DNA of 64,000 nucleotides from Hypanus sabinus (taxonomy: Eukaryota). Below the pieces are notes generated by a model. It saw only the letters and a program-made list of their open reading frames with translations, was not told the origin of the DNA and did not search any database. The DNA lies in NCBI RefSeq assembly GCF_030144855.1, contig NC_082712.1, forward strand, positions 90,148,001 through 90,212,000, read 5' to 3'. The position numbers and the translations under genes were made by a program. This document shows, piece by piece, positions 1 through 11,400 of this stretch (positions are counted from its first letter, which is position 1; every line of letters starts with the position of its first letter).

Positions 1-19
1 AGAAATTGACAGATGAATG

Positions 20-144
20 ATTCTGCTCAAAACTTGGGGTTAACATATGAGGAGTATTTTAATGCTTTGGTCTTGTGCCCGCTGGAGTTTAGAAGAATGA
101 GGGAGGATCTCATTGAAACCTATCAAATATTGTAAGGCCTAGAC
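20..144 (+). mobile_element. CR1 LINE ORF2 3' fragment (left half, split by the hAT)
   Basis: Reads GLYPLEFRRMREDLIETYQIL-GLD type CR1 C-terminus and continues at 3074 (RMFPMVSESSTSGHSLRIEG). Confidence 0.85.
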
Positions 145-3073
145 CAGGGGTCGGCAACCCGTGGCTCGGGAGCCGCATGCGGCTCTTTCATCTCTGTGCT
201 GCGGCTCCCTGTGGTTTTGGAAAATAAATGATGAGTATTTAATTAAAATGTATTTTATGTTAGTTTGTTAGTTTTTGAAATGTAATTCTAAATTTGAAGA
301 TTATGGTGATCTTGTACAATCTAAATAAAACGTAGTGGTGACCCATTTCCTGGCACATCTGAACCAGCTCACAATTAGCCAGCGTTCCGGCTAAGGGAGA
401 TAGCCTACGGGGGTTTGTGAGTACGTGTCTTTTGGAGCATCCGCGCTCACAGGGGGCAGGTTGAGGGAGGCTTAAAAGCAAGGCTGTTTAGTTCAAATAA
501 AGTTATCTTTGACTGCAGTTTACCGACTCCGTGTCATTATTTTAGCGCTGTGGGTAGCACACCGCTACAACGTGTTTTTTGTCGCTATTAATATACGTCA
601 CCTCTGCCAATGCCTACCAGTGCGCGATTTCTTTAATTCTTTAATTTTTCAATCCAAGGTAGGCTAACTATGGAGAATTCTAAAAAAAGAAAAGTGACTG
701 AAGAAAACAGAACGTTTAAAGATACGTGGGCAGATTCATTTGCTTTCACTGTTGACGAGACTGGTTTACCGGTATGCTTAATATGCAATGAGAAACTAGC
801 AAACAACAAAAAGTCAAATGTCGCAAGACATTTCCAGAATAAACACGCAGCCTTTGCTCAAAAATATCCGGATGGAGATGAGAGAAAAAAAGCCGTTTCG
901 GAACTGATGCGGAAGGTTGATCTGAGCAAAAATCATTTCAAGAAGTGGATGAAGTCTGGAAAATCAACTACATACGCTAGTTTTGTTACCGCTCAGGAAA
1001 TAGTCAGGCACGGGAAGCAGTTTACAGATGGTGAATATATAAAAGAATCTTTCATTAAGATTTCAGAACATCTATTCACGGACTTTAAAAACAAGAGTGA
1101 AATTGTACAGAAAATCAGGGATATGCCCCTCTCTGCAAAGACTGTCAAAGACAGAACCATAAAAATGGCAGAAGACATCACAAGACAGCAAATTAAAGAC
1201 ATCAATTCAGCTGTGGCCTACTCGATTGCCTGTGACGAGTCTAAAGACAAAGGTGATATTGAACAAATAGCGTTGTTCTGCCAGTATGTAAACTCTGCCA
1301 GGCCACAGGAAGAAATGATTGAGTTGATATCTCTAAAAGGCCAAACACGGGGGGAGGACATCTGTGAGGCTGTCTTGAATTGTTTAAGAGCCAAAGGAAT
1401 AAAGACCACCCACCTGGTGTCAGTAGCTACTGTTGGGGCACCAAGTATGACAGGAGTGCACAAGGGATTTGTGGCTTTACTGTGCAGAAGTCGCTGGACA
1501 GAAAGCTGCTGACTTTTCACTGCATCTTGCACCAAGAGGCACTGTGGACTCAAACATTTCCTCTGGAATGCACAGAAGTAATGGATGTTGTCATTCAGAT
1601 TGTCAATAAAATAATGGCAAAAAGTTTAAATCACCGTCAATTCCGTTTGTTGCTGAACGAGCTGGAAAGCGCATATTCTGATCTCCTGCTGCACAACAAA
1701 GTCCAGTGGCTGTCAAGAGGGGAGGTGCTGAAACGCTTTGTCGCGTGTCTGGAAGAAGTGAAAACTTTCCTGGGCAGCAAAGGGCTCACCTTTCCTGAGC
1801 TGGAACAGCCAGAGTGGCTGGAAAATCAACACTTCATGGTAGACATGACAGCGCACCTGAACACGCTGAACACAGCTCTTCAGGGGAAAGGACGTACAGC
1901 CCTACACATGTTGGAGGATGTTTTGGCATTTGAGCGCAAGTTGACAGTGCTTGCCAGAGATTTACAGAAAGGCACATTGTCTCACTTCCCCAATTTGAGA
2001 GAGTTCAAGCAAGGTCACGACATGATAAATTTGGAGTATTTACATTCTGCAATCATCGCAATGCAAACATCATTTGGGAAACACTTCTGTGAGTTCAGAG
2101 AGGAAAAAAACACATTATCCTTCCTGGTCACTCCCCTAAGCATCGATCCATCCCAACTGAATATGACTGCATTGGCAGGTGTGAGTCAACCTGATGTTGA
2201 GATGGAACTGGCCGACATAGCCGACAAAGACATATGGGTGTCCAAGTTTAGACGCTTAACAGCAGACCTTGAAGATGTTCCCGTCAGAAGGCCATTCTTG
2301 CTCAGAATCACAAATGGAGTGATGTTGAAAACCTCCCTAAACCGGACAAACTTGTGTTCGAAACATGGAATGCTATCCCCGACATTTATGTAAACATTAA
2401 AAAGTATGCGCTTGGAGTCCTGTCGATCTTTGGATCCACATATGTATGTGAGCAGGTGTTCTCCAACATGAACTTTATTAAAAACAAACATCGTGCACGC
2501 CTCATAGATGACAGCTTGCGATCCTGTGTAAAGATGAAGGTGACGTCATACAGCCCTGATGTGCAGACGCTGTGCGCTGAGGTCCAGGAGCAGAAATCCC
2601 ATTAACCAAGTATGATAAATATTTTAATTGCCTATTATTTTATGTATATTCATATTTTTTCATTGTTCAGTGAAATAGTCCTTTTATTTTTCAGGTTGAC
2701 AGCTGGCTGACGTTATTTTTGGTTTGCTGCTGGTGGACAATTTAAGTTCGGCGTTTTTCATAAATACAAGAAGGACTCAAATAGACATTGAGTATTTTAC
2801 TTAAAGGTAACCTTCAACCCAGCGTCTTTTTTTCGGAGTTCAAAATGTTTTTGTTGCATGCAGAAATGTAATTTCGTTTTCTCTGCAGGAGTTCATCAAT
2901 TTCATAAATGCAACACATTATAGTTTGTTTATACATAGCATAAAGGCAAAAAATGTTGTATGCATTGTTATTTCATTTTAAATGTCAAACGGGTTTTGTG
3001 GCTCCCAGTGTTTTCTTTTCTGTGGGAAACGGGTCCAAATGGCTCTTTCAGTGGTAAAGGTTGCTGACCCCTG
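145..3073 (+). mobile_element. Full-length hAT (Buster/Charlie, GTF2IRD2/SPIN-like) DNA transposon, 2929 bp
   Basis: TIRs CAGGGGTCGGCAACC / GGTTGCTGACCCCTG (14/15 match); 8-bp TSD GCCTAGAC (137-144) / ACCTAGAC (3074-3081); internal transposase. Confidence 0.95.
670..2605 (+). pseudogene. hAT transposase, frameshifted
   Basis: BED-like CLIC..RHF..KH, CDES (first catalytic D), HCILHQEAL (CxxH), STYVCEQVFS (catalytic E). Second D motif TDGA reads TVGA (GTT 1432-1434). Frameshifts near 1483 (extra TG) and near 2280 split it into three ORFs. Confidence 0.92.
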
Positions 3074-3420
3074 ACCTAGACCAAGTGAATGTAGAGAGAA
3101 TGTTTCCTATGGTGAGTGAGTCTAGTACTAGTGGCCACAGCCTCAGAATAGAAGGATGTTCCTTTAGAACAGAGATGAGGAGGAATTTATTTAGCAAGAC
3201 GTTGGTGAATCTGGAATTCATTGTCATAGACAGCTGTGGAGTCAAAGTTATTAGATATATTTGAGATGGATATTGATAGGTTCTTAAGGGTATCAAAGAT
3301 TAAAGGGTGAAGGCAGGAGAATGGTGTTGAGAGAAATGAGGAGTGAACCATGATGGAATGGTGGACCAGACTTGATGGGGCAAGTAGCCTAATTCAGCTC
3401 CTTTGCTGGTCTTATGGTCC
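3074..3420 (+). mobile_element. CR1 LINE 3' end (right half)
   Basis: ORF 3061-3264 is a CR1 ORF2 C-terminus followed by the typical 3' UTR. Confidence 0.85.
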
Positions 3421-3699
3421 CACAGAGTTTCTCCAGGAGATTGTTGGTGGCTAACCTCGCTCCCAGTCTATCCGACCTTTGCTACCCCTCTAATATCCAG
3501 GTATTTGAATGAACGGAGTCTCCATTGAAACTAAACAGAGACTTATTCTCCAATGAATTGATCCTTCTATGTTTGAGAAGGAGGATTACCAAAGATTAGC
3601 CTCCAATTTCCAGGGAGCTTGGGAGTATCGGAGCGTGTCACAGATGTGGTAAGGTTGGGGCGTTCTTGTCAGAGGAAAGTGGAGGTGGTGGAGACTTAC

Positions 3700-3763
3700 C
3701 CTTCGCAGAGCTGAATGTGAGTGTCATGAGGAGGAGCAGCAGGAGGACCCTGGGTGCCGCCAT
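3700..3763 (-). CDS. Signal-peptide exon of an unidentified secreted or type I membrane protein (MAAPRVLLLLLLMTLTFSSAK+G, phase 1); exon 3700-3785
   Basis: Minus strand cctctgcag acceptor after a long CT tract, gcaATGg Kozak, hydrophobic h-region, AAGG|gtaagt donor; non-repeat sequence. Confidence 0.85.
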
Positions 3764-3799
3764 TGCTGGGAGCACGGGAGCCAACCTGCAGAGGAAATA

Positions 3800-4150
3800 C
3801 AAAAGAGGATGGGCAACATTGAGAGAGAAAGAGAGTGAGCGAGCATGGGGGAGAGTCTCGGGAGGATAGGAGAAAAGGGAGGGATGGAGAGAGGAACAGT
3901 CAAAGAAACAGGCGGAGAGAGGGGACAGATACATGCAGAGAGACAAAGGGAGAGAGTGTGATATTGAAAAGTGCAACAAGAGGGTGGGTACAAAGATGCA
4001 AGAAGAGATAGAGAGAGACAGATAGAGATAAGAAGAGAGACAGACAGACAGAGAGACAGAGACAGAGAGGAAAACATGGAAAAAGAGAGAAAAATGATGG
4101 CAAGGATAGAGTGAGATGGAGAGAAAGATATGAGGGGAGAGAAATAAAAG
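3800..4150. repeat. GA-rich low-complexity tract (polypyrimidine on minus strand)
   Basis: Degenerate (GA)n and (GACA)n. Confidence 0.9.
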
Positions 4151-4309
4151 TATGCATGTTTCCCACTCCCCTCAACTCCACATCCAAAACACTCAACACA
4201 TCTCAACCCACCGTCCACATATAATAAATCACACCCTGCAGCCTAATCCCACTTTAATACCCCACCCAGTATAATCTTCCCCTCCCCCGAGAATCTATCC
4301 GGGAACCCA

Positions 4310-4560
4310 CATATTGATGCCATCACAAAGAAGGCACACCAACAGCCTCTACTTCATTAGGGGTATGAGGAGATTTGGTATATTACCAACGATGCTTACT
4401 AACTTGCTTAGGTGTTTGGCGGAGAGCATTCTGACTGGTGGCATCACTGCTCAGTATGGAGGGGCCACTGTGCAAGGTCACAGAAGGCTGCAGAGGGCTA
4501 GAACCTCAGTCAGCTCCATCACAGGCACAATCCTCCCCAGCATCAGGGTCAGCTTCAAGA
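4310..4560 (+). mobile_element. Rex1/Babar-like LINE 3' fragment (one of many in the window)
   Basis: MRRFGILPTMLTNLLRCLAESILTGGITAQYG; related pieces at ~11110, ~21860 (minus), ~52390 (minus), ~54200. Confidence 0.7.
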
Positions 4561-6135
4561 GGTGGTGCCTCAAGAGGGTGTTTAAGAAAGAGATTGATAG
4601 GTATCTAATTAGTCAGGGTATCAAGGGATACAGGGAAAAAGCCAGAAATTGGAACTAGATGGGAGAATAGTTTAGCTCATGGTGGAGTGGCGGAGCAGAC
4701 TCGATGGGCCAAATGGCCTACTTCTGCTACTTTGTCTTGTGATCTTGTGACATGCCCTCTTTGCATTGCTCCCATTGAGGAGGAGGTACAGGAGCCTGAA
4801 GACACACATTCAGTAATGAATCATCATTTAGGAGCAGATTCTCCCCTCTACCATCAGATTTCTAAATGGACAGTGAAGCCATGAACACTTTTCATCACTT
4901 CTTACATAATTTTATGTGTTGCATTGTACTGCTGCTGCAAAAACAAAACCAAGTTTTGTGACATGTGTGAGTGATGATAAGCCTGATTCTGAGATGGGTC
5001 TCTATTGTGGGCTGAGAGTGGGAAGGGGGCAGGGAGAAGGGAATCATGTTTGGGAAAGGGGGAAGGGCAAGGGGAGGGAGCAGGAAGCACCAGAGTGACA
5101 TTCTGTAATAATCAATAAATCAATTGTTTGGAGTCAAAAAGAGTTTGGCTTGCGTCTCACAACAAATTTCACAACATATGCCAATGATATTAAACCTGAT
5201 TCTGATACTGGGGTAGGAAAAGCTCACCAGGAAGGGCAGGCAGAATACCGAATAACATGACCCTCTGGGTGTGTGCGAAATCCTCCACCAGGAAGCTCCC
5301 ACCCACCCACATTGACAGAGTCTGCTGACACTGGGATCTGGAGCAACACACAAAGTGTGGGAGAAATTCAGTGAGTCAGATAGCAACCGTGGAGGGAAAT
5401 GGACAGCCAGCATTTTGGGCTGGTACCTCTATAGCCCAACCTGTTGAGTTCCTCCAATGTTTTCACCCACACTGAGACCGTGAGTGAGGAGCAGTGTAGG
5501 CCATTCATCAAATCAATTCTGTTCCACCGTTCAATTATGGCTGATTTTTATCCAACCCCGTTCTTCTGCTTTCTCCCTATATCCCTAAACTGCCTTATCA
5601 ATCTCTGCCTTGTACACCCAGCGACTTGTCCTGCACAGCCATCTCTGGCAATTAACTCCACCACCCTCTGGCTGAAGAAGCTCCTCCTCATCTCAGTTCT
5701 AAAGGGACACCCTTTCATTCTAACGCTGTGCCCTCAGATCCAAGACTCTCCTACCAATGGAATTATCCTCTCCGCTTCCACTCTATCCACAACTTTCAGT
5801 AGATTCCCCCTCATCCTTCCGAACTCCATCAACTACGATTGTACATTTCCGGAGATGTCAGACACTCCTCGCACATCAACCCTTGGGATCATTCCCGTGA
5901 GCCTCCTCTGGATCTCCCTTGTACTCCTCGCCCTTTGCTCAGGGCCAGGGACAAGATCCCTTGGCCTTCTCACTGCTACCATGAAAGAGGAGGTACAGGA
6001 GTCTGAAAACATGTACTCAGCATTTTAGGGACCATTTCTTCCCTCTCATCCATTAGGTTTCTGAACAGGCAATGAATCCATGTAAGCTACATCACTTTGC
6101 TCTCTTTTTACACTACCTTTTTAATTTAGTATATA

Positions 6136-7657
6136 CAATGTCTATAAAAAGTATTAACCCTTCCCCCCTTGGAAGTTTTCATGTTTTATTGTTTTGCAAC
6201 ATTGAATCACAGTGGATATAATTTGGCTTTTTTTTTATGCTGATCAACAGAAAAAGACTCCTTCATGTCAAAGTGAAAACATCTCTACAAAGTTATCTAA
6301 ATTAATTACAAAAATAAAACAAAATAATTGATTTTGTATATATTCATCCCTTTTTAATGTGACACGCCAAATCATCACTGATTTTAGAAGTCACACAATT
6401 AGTTAAATGGAGATCTGTTTTTGGAGACCTGTGTGCAGTCAAGGTGTTTCAATAGATTGCAGTAAAAATACACCTGTATCTGGAAGGTCGAACTGCTGGT
6501 GAGTCAGTATCCTGGCAGAAACTACACCATGAAGACAAAAGAACACTCCAAGCAACTCTACAAAAAAAGTTATTGAAAAGCACAAGTCAGGAGATGAATA
6601 CATGAACATTTCCAAGTCATGGAATATTCCTTGGAGTACAGTTAAGTTAATCATCAGGAAATGGAAAGAACATGGCACAGCTGTCAATCTGCCAAGAGCA
6701 GGCCATACTCAAAAACCAAGTGACTGTGCAGGAAGGGGACTGGTGAGGAAGAGGCCCATGACCAGGAGTTACAAGCTTCAGTGGCTGAGATGGGAGAGAC
6801 TGCACATTCAACAACTGTTGCCCGGGTGCTTCACCAGTCACAGCTTTGTGGGAGAGTGGCAAAGAGAAAGCCACTGTTAAAAAAAAAATCTCGCATGAAA
6901 TCTCAGCTGGAGTTTGCTAGAAGGCATGTGGGAGACTGAAGCCAAATGCTGCACATCGTCAAAAACACAGCATCCCTACCGTGAAGCATCCCCACAGTGT
7001 GATGCTTCACTGCAGCAGGCTCTGGTCAGCTTGTGAAGGTAGAGGGTAAAATTAATGCAGTAAAATACAGGGAAATCCTGGAAGAAAACCTAATGCAGTC
7101 TATAAGAGAACTGTGACTTGGGAGATTTGTTTTCCAGCAAGACAATGACCCCAAGCATAAAGCCAAAGATTTTAGGCCAGTAATGGCTTAAAAACAAAGT
7201 TCATGTCCTGGAGGGGCCAAGTCGGGGTCCAGACTTCAATCTAATTGCGAATTTGTGGCTAGACTTGAAAAGGGCTGTTCGCTCATGATCCCCATACAAT
7301 CTTAAAAAGCTTGAGCAGCTTTGTAAAGAAGAATGGGGAAACATGGCAGTGCCCAGATGTGCAAAGCTGATAGAGACCTATCCACACAGACTCAAGGCTG
7401 TAATGGAGGTGTCGCTACTAACTACTAACTTGAAAGGGGTGAATACTTAAGCAATCAATTCTTTTGTGTTTTGTATTTGTAATTAATTTAGATCAATTTG
7501 TAGAGATTGCTTTCAATTTGACATGAAAGAGCTTTTCTATTGACCAGTGTCAAAAAGAGTCAAATTAGATCTACTGTGAGTCAAATCTGTAAAACAATTA
7601 AATATGAAAACTTCCGGGGGCTGGGAGGAGGACATTGAATACTTTTTATAGGCACTG
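6136..7657 (+). mobile_element. Degenerate Tc1-family transposon
   Basis: TA-CAATGTCTATAAAAAGTATT ... AATACTTTTTATAGGCACTG TIRs; paired-domain remnant MKTKEHSKQL...IPWSTVKLIIRKWKEHGTAVNLPRAG; QQDNDPKH DDE remnant near 7140. Confidence 0.9.
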
Positions 7658-7682
7658 TGCATTTCTAAGAATGCCAGGGTCT

Positions 7683-7990
7683 TTACCAAGGGAGGTGTAA
7701 GGCACTCCTTCCCTCCGTTAGGCTGCAGGTCACCCCTGGGCAAAGTGTAGCACCTGTTTATCCCCTAGTCAGGGTCATGTGAAGCCAAGGGAGCAGGTGA
7801 TGCATATTACAAGTCCTGGTTATGTGACCACTGATGCCAGGCCGACAATCTCTGAGGAATGTTGATGGGGTCACCCGTCTTCTAAAGACACTGCCCAGAA
7901 GAAAACAATGGCAAACCACTTCTGTAGAAAAATTGCCAAGAACAGTCATGGTCATGGAAAGACCGTGATCACCTATGTCATATGAAAAGG
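7683..7990 (-). repeat. Unclassified ~330-bp interspersed repeat; further copies ~27730-28065, ~53590-53935, ~62850-63100 on plus
   Basis: Shared motifs gtggtttgccattgcc, acaagacgggtgacccc, caagggtgacctgcag. Confidence 0.8.
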
Positions 7991-8337
7991 CACATAATGA
8001 TGATATTTCTTAATATAATTTATAATTATTATTACGCTTTGCTCTATGCTGCTGCAAAACAACAAATTCATAACCCATGCCAGTGACATTAAACCTGATT
8101 CTGACTGTTATCCAGGAAGGAGGTAGCTCTTCTGTACACTTTCAAGATCAGTACAATGACTAAAGGTCCAACAAGATCAGGCACTGCTTTCACCTAAGCC
8201 TGTCACCATGTTGAGATAAATATATATCTTAACCCCCTCCACTTTTCTTCCCTAGTAATAATGATGGGGGGCCAACAGGAGAGTAACTGCAGGAGGGCCT
8301 CACCCTCAAAGAGGAAGGAGTGACCATCGGTCTAAGG

Positions 8338-8417
8338 CAGGGGCCCCCAACCTGTGATCCATGGTCCCCTTGGTTAATTGTATTTGTCCATGCTATTAAA
8401 AAGTTTGGCAATCCCCA
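8338..8417. mobile_element. 80-bp hAT MITE
   Basis: Perfect 8-bp TSD GTCTAAGG (8330-8337, 8418-8425); ends CAGGGGCCCCCAACC / TTTGGCAATCCCCA resemble hAT TIRs. Confidence 0.75.
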
Positions 8418-11400
8418 GTCTAAGGAGACAGAAGCAATTACACCACGACGACAGATTGTCAACAGCAAAGATGGAGAGGAGAGGGGGTCCACTTTCCTCT
8501 CCTGTCAGATTACTTCCTCTCCTGCCCTTTACCTTTCCCACCCACCTCACCTGGCCTCACCTATCACTTTCTAGCTATCCTCTTTTCCCTTCCCCTCCCC
8601 CCCCACCTTTTTATTCTGGCATCTTCCCCATTCCTGAGGAACGGTCTCGACCCGAAATGTCAACTGTTAAGTCATTTCCGTAGATGCTGCCTGACCTGCT
8701 GAGTTCCTCCAGCATTTTGTGTGCGTAATGCTTTGGAGGCCAAGGATTGCCAAGCTGCCTTGTCCTTGTGGAAAACCGAGGTCATGAGCAAATTTCTTCA
8801 GCCAGAGAGCCAGTGAGGCAAGAAGGGAGCTCACTGGTGTTGGCCGTCCCATCCCCGGTAAACTGCAGCCTCTTTGACGGACATCTATAAATGCATAGTG
8901 CAGAGTATCCTGCCAGACTGCATCACGGCCTGCTATAGAAACACCAATGCCCAGCAATGGAAAATTCTACTTGTTATAGTCCGTCACAGGCAAATCCCCC
9001 ACCACCACTGAGTGCATTTACAAGGAGTGCTGCCATTAGAAAGCAGCATCCATCATCAAGGACCCGCCCACAAATCCAGGCTAAGCTCTTCTCACTACTA
9101 CTACGGGCAGGAGATACAGAAGCCTTCGTTCCCACTCCACCAGGTTCAGGAAAAGTTATTAAAACCATAAGACATAGGAGAAAAATTAGGTCTTTCAGCC
9201 AATCAACTCTGTTCCATCATTCTATCATGGCTGATTTATACACCTCTCAACTCCATTCTCCTGGCTTCTCCCCATAACCTTTGGCACTAATTGAGAACCT
9301 ATCAACCTCCACTTTAAATATACCCAATGATGACCTCCATAGCTGTCCATGGCAATTAATCCCACATACTCACCGCCCTCTGACTTAAGAAATTCCTCCT
9401 CATCTCTGTTCTAAAGGGACGTCCTTGTACTCAGAGGTTGCGCCCTCTGGCACTAGACTCTGATACTATAGAAAACATCTTCTCCATGTCCACTCTATGT
9501 AGACCTTTCAACATTTGATAGGCTTCACTGAGATCCCCTGTCATTCTTCTAAACTCCAGCGAGTACAAGACAAGAGCTTTCTGGCGCTCATTAAGTTAAC
9601 CCACTCATTCCCCTACAACCATCAACTAGCGTGAATAACTTCACTCATCACATCACTGAACTGATTCCACAACCTACAGACTCATTTTTAAATAATCTAC
9701 AACTCATGTTCTCGGTATTATTTATTTATTTTTTATTTGCAGTATCTGTCTTCTTTTGCACATTGGCTGTTTCTCCAACTTTGTGTATAATTTTGATAAA
9801 TTCTACTGAATTTCTTTATTTTCCTGTGAGTTTCTGCAAGATAATGAGTCTCATGACAGTATATGGTGACATATGAGACCATAAGTCATAGGAACAGAAT
9901 TAGGCCATTCAGCCCATCGAATCTGCTCTGTCATTCCATCATGGCTGATCCCAGATCCCACTCAATTCCATACACCTGTCTTCTATCTACATCGTTTGAT
10001 GACCTGACCGATCAGGAAACTATCAACTTCCATCTTAACTCTACCAACAGACTTGGCCTCCACCGCAGTCTGTGGCAGAGCATTCCACAGATTCACTACA
10101 CCTTGGCTAAAAAAAAATCCTCCTCACCTCTATTCTAAAAGGTCACCCCTCAATTCTGAGCTGTGCCTTCTAGTTCTGGATACCACCACCATAGGAAATA
10201 TCCTCTCCACTTCCACCCAATCTAGACCTTTCAAAGTTTGGGAGGTTTCAATGAGGTCCCCCCACATTCAGTGTGTACATGTCCAAGGCCGCCAAATGCT
10301 CCTCATACGTTAACCGCTTCATTCCTGGAATCATCCTTGTGAAACTCCTCTGGACTCTCTCCAATGACAACATGCATACTTTGATAATATTGTTCGTTTA
10401 CTTTGTCTTTGTTTTTCAAGTGAACACACACTGTCTTCTTCCTAGGGGGTTAGGGATTCAAGAAATGGTGGGCATAGGCTTGAGATGAGATGGGAATGGG
10501 TTAAAAGGGGACCTGAGGGACAACCTCTTCACCCAGAAGGAGGTCTGCATACAGATCGGGCTGCCACACTGACACCCTAAACAAAGGACGATGCACCTCG
10601 AGTCACAGATCACAGAGAAATGCCATTCAGCCCATCAGGTTTAGGCCAGTCTTTTTGCTCATCTACCCACATTAAGACCCAATCCTTCAGGGTGTCCTCC
10701 CAAGTGCTTCATAAATGTAGCAGTTGTGGCAGATTGTGTCACAATAGGGAGATAGCACACAGGGATATGTGGCAATTGGTAAAATTCCACTTTCCCCTGA
10801 ACAATTAAATCATCAGGCTCTTGAACCTTAAATCACTCACCTCAAATCTGAACTGCTTCCACAACCAATAGACTGACCTTTAAGGGCCCTACAACTCATA
10901 ATCTTGACATTTATTGCTTGTTTATTTATTTTCTTTTTTTCTGTACTTGCACAGTCTGTTGTCTTTTAAACATTGGTTGTTCGTCCGCCTTTGTTGAGTG
11001 CAGTTTTTCAATGACTCTGTACTTACTGCGCTTGCCCACAAGACAATGAATCTCAGGGTAGTATATAGTGACATATCTATAGTTTGATAATAAACTTACT
11101 TTGAGCATACTGGTGCAATTCTACACTGCTGTCATAGACAGCATCCTCACATCAGCTATTATTGCCTGGTTTGATGCAGCATTTTCTCACAGTATATGAA
11201 AACTACAGCCAACTGTCAGGTCAGCAGAAAAGGTCATTGGCTGCAGTCTGCCATCACTGCAGGACTTGTCTGTGTCCAAGATAAAAAAAGCAGGCAGGAA
11301 AAATCAATACGGACACCACCCACCCTGCAAGCTGCTTTTTCCAAAAGCTCACTTCTGGAAAACGCTACAAGGCTATTTAAAAAAAAAACTTTTTGCCATC

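Noticed and set aside
3700-3763. Calling the leader MHC class I because of MAAPRVLLLL
   Set aside because: Signal peptides are not diagnostic and no downstream domain is visible
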